A DNA stretch of 64,000 nucleotides, taken from positions 302,172 through 366,171 of the forward strand of contig CAZPYM010000001.1 of the NCBI GenBank assembly GCA_964590105.1, in the 5' to 3' direction. This DNA comes from an uncultured Gammaproteobacteria bacterium (lineage in GTDB: Bacteria > Patescibacteriota > Patescibacteriia > UBA11705 > JABHMO01). The position numbers and the translations under genes are program-made. Under the pieces are notes generated by a model. The model saw only the letters and a list, made by a program, of their open reading frames with translations, was not told where the DNA came from and ran no database searches. Every line of letters starts with the position of its first letter. The stretch's first letter is position 1. Below, piece after piece: positions 58,915 through 64,000 of this stretch.

Positions 58915-59193
58915 ATGACGGGATTAAGCACACAAGGAAGATTTTGCGATGGAGTTGATGAGGACGGTGTGATCTGCAACGCGCTCATGGTAGAAAAATC
59001 TGTCTTCTACCACTGCCCTGCCTGTGGCCACATTCACATGCTGCCCGAAGCCGAGGTACAGCAAAAATTGGAAGAAGCGCAAAAAAGAAATAATCGTCAC
59101 GCCTACATGCGGGTCGGCGCTGCTAATCCGGCAATTGACAACGACGACGTTTTTTCGACCCCCCATAGCCGAAGTCGAGGCCGCATCCGTTAA
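58915..59193 (+). CDS. orphan Zn-ribbon protein (cassette)
   Basis: C...C...CPACGH; SD AAGGAGG; TTGACC-N17-TATTCT promoter; terminator 59214-59242. Confidence 0.7.
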   Translation: MTGLSTQGRFCDGVDEDGVICNALMVEKSVFYHCPACGHIHMLPEAEVQQKLEEAQKRNNRHAYMRVGAANPAIDNDDVFSTPHSRSRGRIR

Positions 59194-59345
59194 AAATAAA
59201 TTTAAAAAACATCAAAACGTGATCCCGCTAGGTCACGTTTTTAAAATTCAAAACACAAAATTCAAAATCAAAAGAAAATTTCAAGCCCAAAATAAAAAAT
59301 CCAAAGGCGCACCTTTAAATTTTAAGTTTTGGATTTTGGGCTTTA

Positions 59346-59843
59346 TCACATAAATGACTTCACCGCTTTCAAAGCCTCCGGAAACAGCGGCACAAACACA
59401 CTGCCAATCGTAAGCAAAGTTTTGCCGACAACAGAAACTGACATCTGCCACATCAGCCAGTCATTCAAAGGATATTTCAAAATAAAATTTAGAATTATAG
59501 CCAAAATAAAAATTCCCTCTACAAAACCAAGAATAAATCCGAGCAAACGATCAAAAGTAGAAATAAATGGCAGAATTGTAATAATACGAAAAATTTTACC
59601 AAAAACCCAAAACAACAGGCTGACGATTTTTATTGCCAAGCCAAATATTATTACAAAAGCGATAATATTGGAAAAGTTTGAACCGCCAAACCAGGAAGCT
59701 ACGATTGGAAAAAATCTGCTGGCAATGATAGCCGCCACAATAATCCCGACGATTGATCCGAGCGATTCCAGAAAACCTTTTTTTAATCCAAGCAATGCTA
59801 GAATTAGTATTATACCAAGCAAAATGTAATCAAGTATCATCAT
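59346..59843 (-). CDS. cvpA: CvpA (colicin V production) family membrane protein
   Basis: LDYIL, GLKKGF, FDRLLG...G.VEG. Confidence 0.88.
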   Translation of the reverse strand: MMILDYILLGIILILALLGLKKGFLESLGSIVGIIVAAIIASRFFPIVASWFGGSNFSNIIAFVIIFGLAIKIVSLLFWVFGKIFRIITILPFISTFDRLLGFILGFVEGIFILAIILNFILKYPLNDWLMWQMSVSVVGKTLLTIGSVFVPLFPEALKAVKSFM

Positions 59844-59920
59844 ATTTTTATTGCAAATGTATTATAACATTTTTTAAAAAACAAAAAAACCCTGGATTAG
59901 CGAATCCAGGATTTGTATCT

Positions 59921-60343
59921 TTACGCTGAGTCGGGCAACGGTCCGACACGCCAGCTGCTACCGTGCGATTGGCGGGCGAACAGCACCGCCACGCTCACGC
60001 ACGGAAACTCACGGGCAATAATTCTTTTGGCCGCATCCAAATCGCGCCGATAGGCGTCAAGTTCTGCTTGCGGGCTCGGGAATTTTGCACTACCGCCATA
60101 AGCGCCGCAGTCCTCATGTCCGATCAAGATGATTTCCATCACTCCGTGCGCCTCGACGGCGAGCTTCATGTCCTTCAACAGACCGGATCGACGCAAAACT
60201 TCAACCACTGCTTTCTGGGCGCCGGCTACGGCCAGCAGATCGTATGAACCGGTGAGGCCCTGTTCCGCGGCAAAATTCACAATCGCTTGCTGAATTCGGA
60301 AATCCATACAAGTCAGAATCAAAGCGTTGCATTGATGTCCCAT
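59921..60343 (-). CDS. small beta-class carbonic anhydrase-like protein, GC-rich copy
   Basis: TCMDFR...HEDCGAYGG; SD GAGGAGG; own promoter TTGACA-N17-TAGTCT and terminator. Confidence 0.82.
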   Translation of the reverse strand: MGHQCNALILTCMDFRIQQAIVNFAAEQGLTGSYDLLAVAGAQKAVVEVLRRSGLLKDMKLAVEAHGVMEIILIGHEDCGAYGGSAKFPSPQAELDAYRRDLDAAKRIIAREFPCVSVAVLFARQSHGSSWRVGPLPDSA

Positions 60344-60475
60344 CTCGTCCCTCCTCTTTTCAGGGCCAGCAATAACTGCCTGATGTTACAGACTACCAAA
60401 CCAATAATAAAATGTCAATGCTTATAAAAAAAGACCTGCTTTAGCCGGCCTTTTTATTAAATATTATACAATTTC

Positions 60476-60886
60476 TTAAACTTCAATTATTTCAATCTTA
60501 TTTTCAGAATCAAAAGTTAAAACCATTTTCCTTACATTCAAGTTAGAAAATTTTTGGTAGATCAATTCTTCCGCTTTGTTTAAGTCCTCAATATACTTTG
60601 CTTTTTCTTCGTCCCATGAAGCAAAGGTCACGCTACCGCCGTAAGCGCCGCAATCCTGATGAGCGATCAAAATTACCGTATGGCTTTTGTGAAGACGGAC
60701 TGAAATATCAAGCTGTTTTAAAACAGCTGCTCTGGTATCCTCGTCAATAATTGACTTTTGGACTCCGGCCATTGAAACCAAGTCAAAATCATTTTGCAAT
60801 CCTTTGTCTTTTGCCCATTGATAAATAGCCTCATGAAAACGAAAATCAATACAGGTCATTAAAAAATTATTACATTCATGTGACAT
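60476..60886 (-). CDS. small beta-class carbonic anhydrase-like protein, AT-rich copy
   Basis: TCIDFR...HQDCGAYGG. Confidence 0.85.
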   Translation of the reverse strand: MSHECNNFLMTCIDFRFHEAIYQWAKDKGLQNDFDLVSMAGVQKSIIDEDTRAAVLKQLDISVRLHKSHTVILIAHQDCGAYGGSVTFASWDEEKAKYIEDLNKAEELIYQKFSNLNVRKMVLTFDSENKIEIIEV

Positions 60887-60981
60887 ACTGGTTTAACTGA
60901 TTAATTTATAAAATAGCAAAGAGGAAAAAGTGACAATTGAAATTTGCAGTTTCAATGTCACGTCTCCCCTCTCACTGTTTT

Positions 60982-61422
60982 CTATTTTTTTTGACTAAAA
61001 CCCCTCTGCTCAATCCTTCGCTGATGTTTTCTGCCGACTTTGACCCGCGCCAATTCTTTTTCAATCATGGCGGAAAGCCTGGCGAATTCTACAGCATCAG
61101 TTGCTTTGGTTTCTTTTAATTCTTTTGCCCGCTGAAGCGCAGCCTCGGCTCTTGCCAAATCAATTTCCTCTGAACGTTCTGCCTTGTCAGCCAAGATCAC
61201 CACTTTTGTTGAGAGCACTCCCAGAAATCCGCCGGCCACGGCCATCAGAACTTTTTTCTCACCAGTTCTAACCACCATTTCACCGGCAGCCAAAACTGAA
61301 ATCAATGGAATATGATTTGGCAAAATAGTAATCTCGCCCTCCCTGGTCGGGACAGTTATAGAATCCACTTCTTCCTTGAACACTACACGTTCAGGCGTGG
61401 CAATTTTAAAATTTATTTTCAT
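60982..61422 (-). CDS. atpC: ATP synthase F1 epsilon subunit
   Basis: TPER, GEITILPNH.P, GGF, ILAD.AE. Confidence 0.95.
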   Translation of the reverse strand: MKINFKIATPERVVFKEEVDSITVPTREGEITILPNHIPLISVLAAGEMVVRTGEKKVLMAVAGGFLGVLSTKVVILADKAERSEEIDLARAEAALQRAKELKETKATDAVEFARLSAMIEKELARVKVGRKHQRRIEQRGFSQKK

Positions 61423-61476
61423 AATCTAAATTAGCAAATTGTTTTCTTTGCGATATTTACGCTTTTCTCCTACTCC

Positions 61477-62868
<1,392 letters not shown>

Positions 62869-62874
62869 TTAGAA

Positions 62875-63831
62875 TTATTTTCTCATTAATGCGGCCGCGC
62901 CGGAACTGATTTCAGCAATTTCCTGAGTAATACTCGCTTGCCGCGCGCGATTGTAGGACAAAGTTAAGTCGTCAATCATGTCCCCTGCCGCGTCGCTGGC
63001 ATTTTTCATTGCCACCATGCGCGCGCTGTGTTCAGAAGCTTCTGACTCCAGTACCGTCTGATAAATCTGCATTTCAATCAGCCGAGGAAGCATTTCCCGC
63101 AAAACAACCTTTGCCGAAGGCTCAAAAATATATTCATATTTATACTCGCCTTTGCGCAAATATTTTTCTTTTTTGTCATGAATAAATTCTTTGCGTGTAC
63201 TGACCCCCTCGCTCATTCCAACAACACCCAAATATTCGTCCGGTTCAGTTTGAATAGGCAAGAGTTGTTTGACTCGCGTCACTTGATTCATTGAAGTCAC
63301 AAAATCCGTAAATACTATAAAAACTTTGTCATATTTCCGCTGTGTAAAATCACTGATTACCATTTTTGAAAGCGCCGAGATATCTGTTATTGACAATGTT
63401 AAATCCTGTTTAACAAAATCAGCCACAATATTAAAATTCATCGCCCGCACAATATCACGAGACTTGGTGCCAAGAGAGATAATTTCAGTGGCTTTTACTG
63501 ATTTTTCGTATTTTTTTATTGAGGCAGCCGCCTTTTGCGCAATCTTCAAATTAAAACCTCCGCAAAGTCCGCGATTTGAACCGACCAGTATCAAACCGAC
63601 TGATTCCACTTGCTTTGGCTGGCGCAACAAAACATGCAAATCCGGATTAGTTTTTTCCGCCAAATTCAAAATCGTCGCCCAGGCCAAGTTGGCATAATCA
63701 CGAGTAGCCAAAACTGAGGCAACTGCTTTACGCATTTTTGCCGCCGCTACCATTTCCATCGCCTTGGTTATTTTTTTCGTATTGGAAATGGATTTCATCC
63801 TGCGTTTTAATTCTCTAGTTCCCGATGCCAT
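62875..63831 (-). CDS. atpG: ATP synthase F1 gamma subunit
   Basis: KITKAMEMVAAAK, RGLCGGFN, SEHSARM.AM, RQASITQEI. Confidence 0.97.
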   Translation of the reverse strand: MASGTRELKRRMKSISNTKKITKAMEMVAAAKMRKAVASVLATRDYANLAWATILNLAEKTNPDLHVLLRQPKQVESVGLILVGSNRGLCGGFNLKIAQKAAASIKKYEKSVKATEIISLGTKSRDIVRAMNFNIVADFVKQDLTLSITDISALSKMVISDFTQRKYDKVFIVFTDFVTSMNQVTRVKQLLPIQTEPDEYLGVVGMSEGVSTRKEFIHDKKEKYLRKGEYKYEYIFEPSAKVVLREMLPRLIEMQIYQTVLESEASEHSARMVAMKNASDAAGDMIDDLTLSYNRARQASITQEIAEISSGAAALMRK

Positions 63832-63836
63832 AAAAT

Positions 63837-64000
63837 TTATTCTACCCCTTCAACTTCGACCATCATTTCTTCGGCTGTTGAAGCATACTCATTAACTAGT
63901 CTTTTTATCTCCTCTTCCAGCTTTTCATCTAGGTCTCCCTTGTCAACAATCTCTTTCAATGTGACTTTAGCGCTATTATCCAAATATTTATACAAACCTT
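63837..64000 (-). CDS. atpA: ATP synthase F1 alpha subunit, 3' end (partial)
   Basis: GLYKYLDNSAKVTLKEIVDKGDLDEKLEEEIKRLVNEY...* immediately upstream of atpG. Confidence 0.75.
   Translation of the reverse strand, partial: GLYKYLDNSAKVTLKEIVDKGDLDEKLEEEIKRLVNEYASTAEEMMVEVEGVE

Overview
AT-rich bacterial chromosomal segment (genetic code 11). Gene content and style point to Patescibacteria/CPR, probably an ABY1-type Parcubacterium (inference). The backbone is housekeeping: queA, yhaM, glycosyltransferases/O-antigen ligase, fmt-def-priA, clpB with a CIRCE operator, thpR, gltX, a xerC/D-like recombinase, ftsQ-like, alr, serS, lysS, greA, mreBCD-mrdA, proS, dciA-like, a UvrD-nuclease fusion, cvpA and atpA(3' end)GDC. 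It also holds the three AmmeMemoRadiSam genes, dispersed, and a 2890-aa surface protein. No rRNA, tRNA, CRISPR array, reverse transcriptase or transposase was recognised. The most striking hidden structure is a set of nine orphan single-gene cassettes between core genes. Each has its own TTGAC-N17 sigma70-type promoter and a strong Shine-Dalgarno, and the eight complete ones end in a hairpin terminator. Nearly all core genes lack an SD. The cassettes include a Myxococcota-like pilM with an added membrane anchor, a Cys-rich lipoprotein and a second carbonic anhydrase. Other notable items are a four-helix-bundle gene enclosed by inverted and direct repeats, a 65-bp duplication of the yhaM 3' end around a small membrane gene, and a pseudogene copy of the giant protein's C-terminal domain. 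REP-like hairpins and 7-8-mer tracts occur at gene boundaries and in-frame inside genes.
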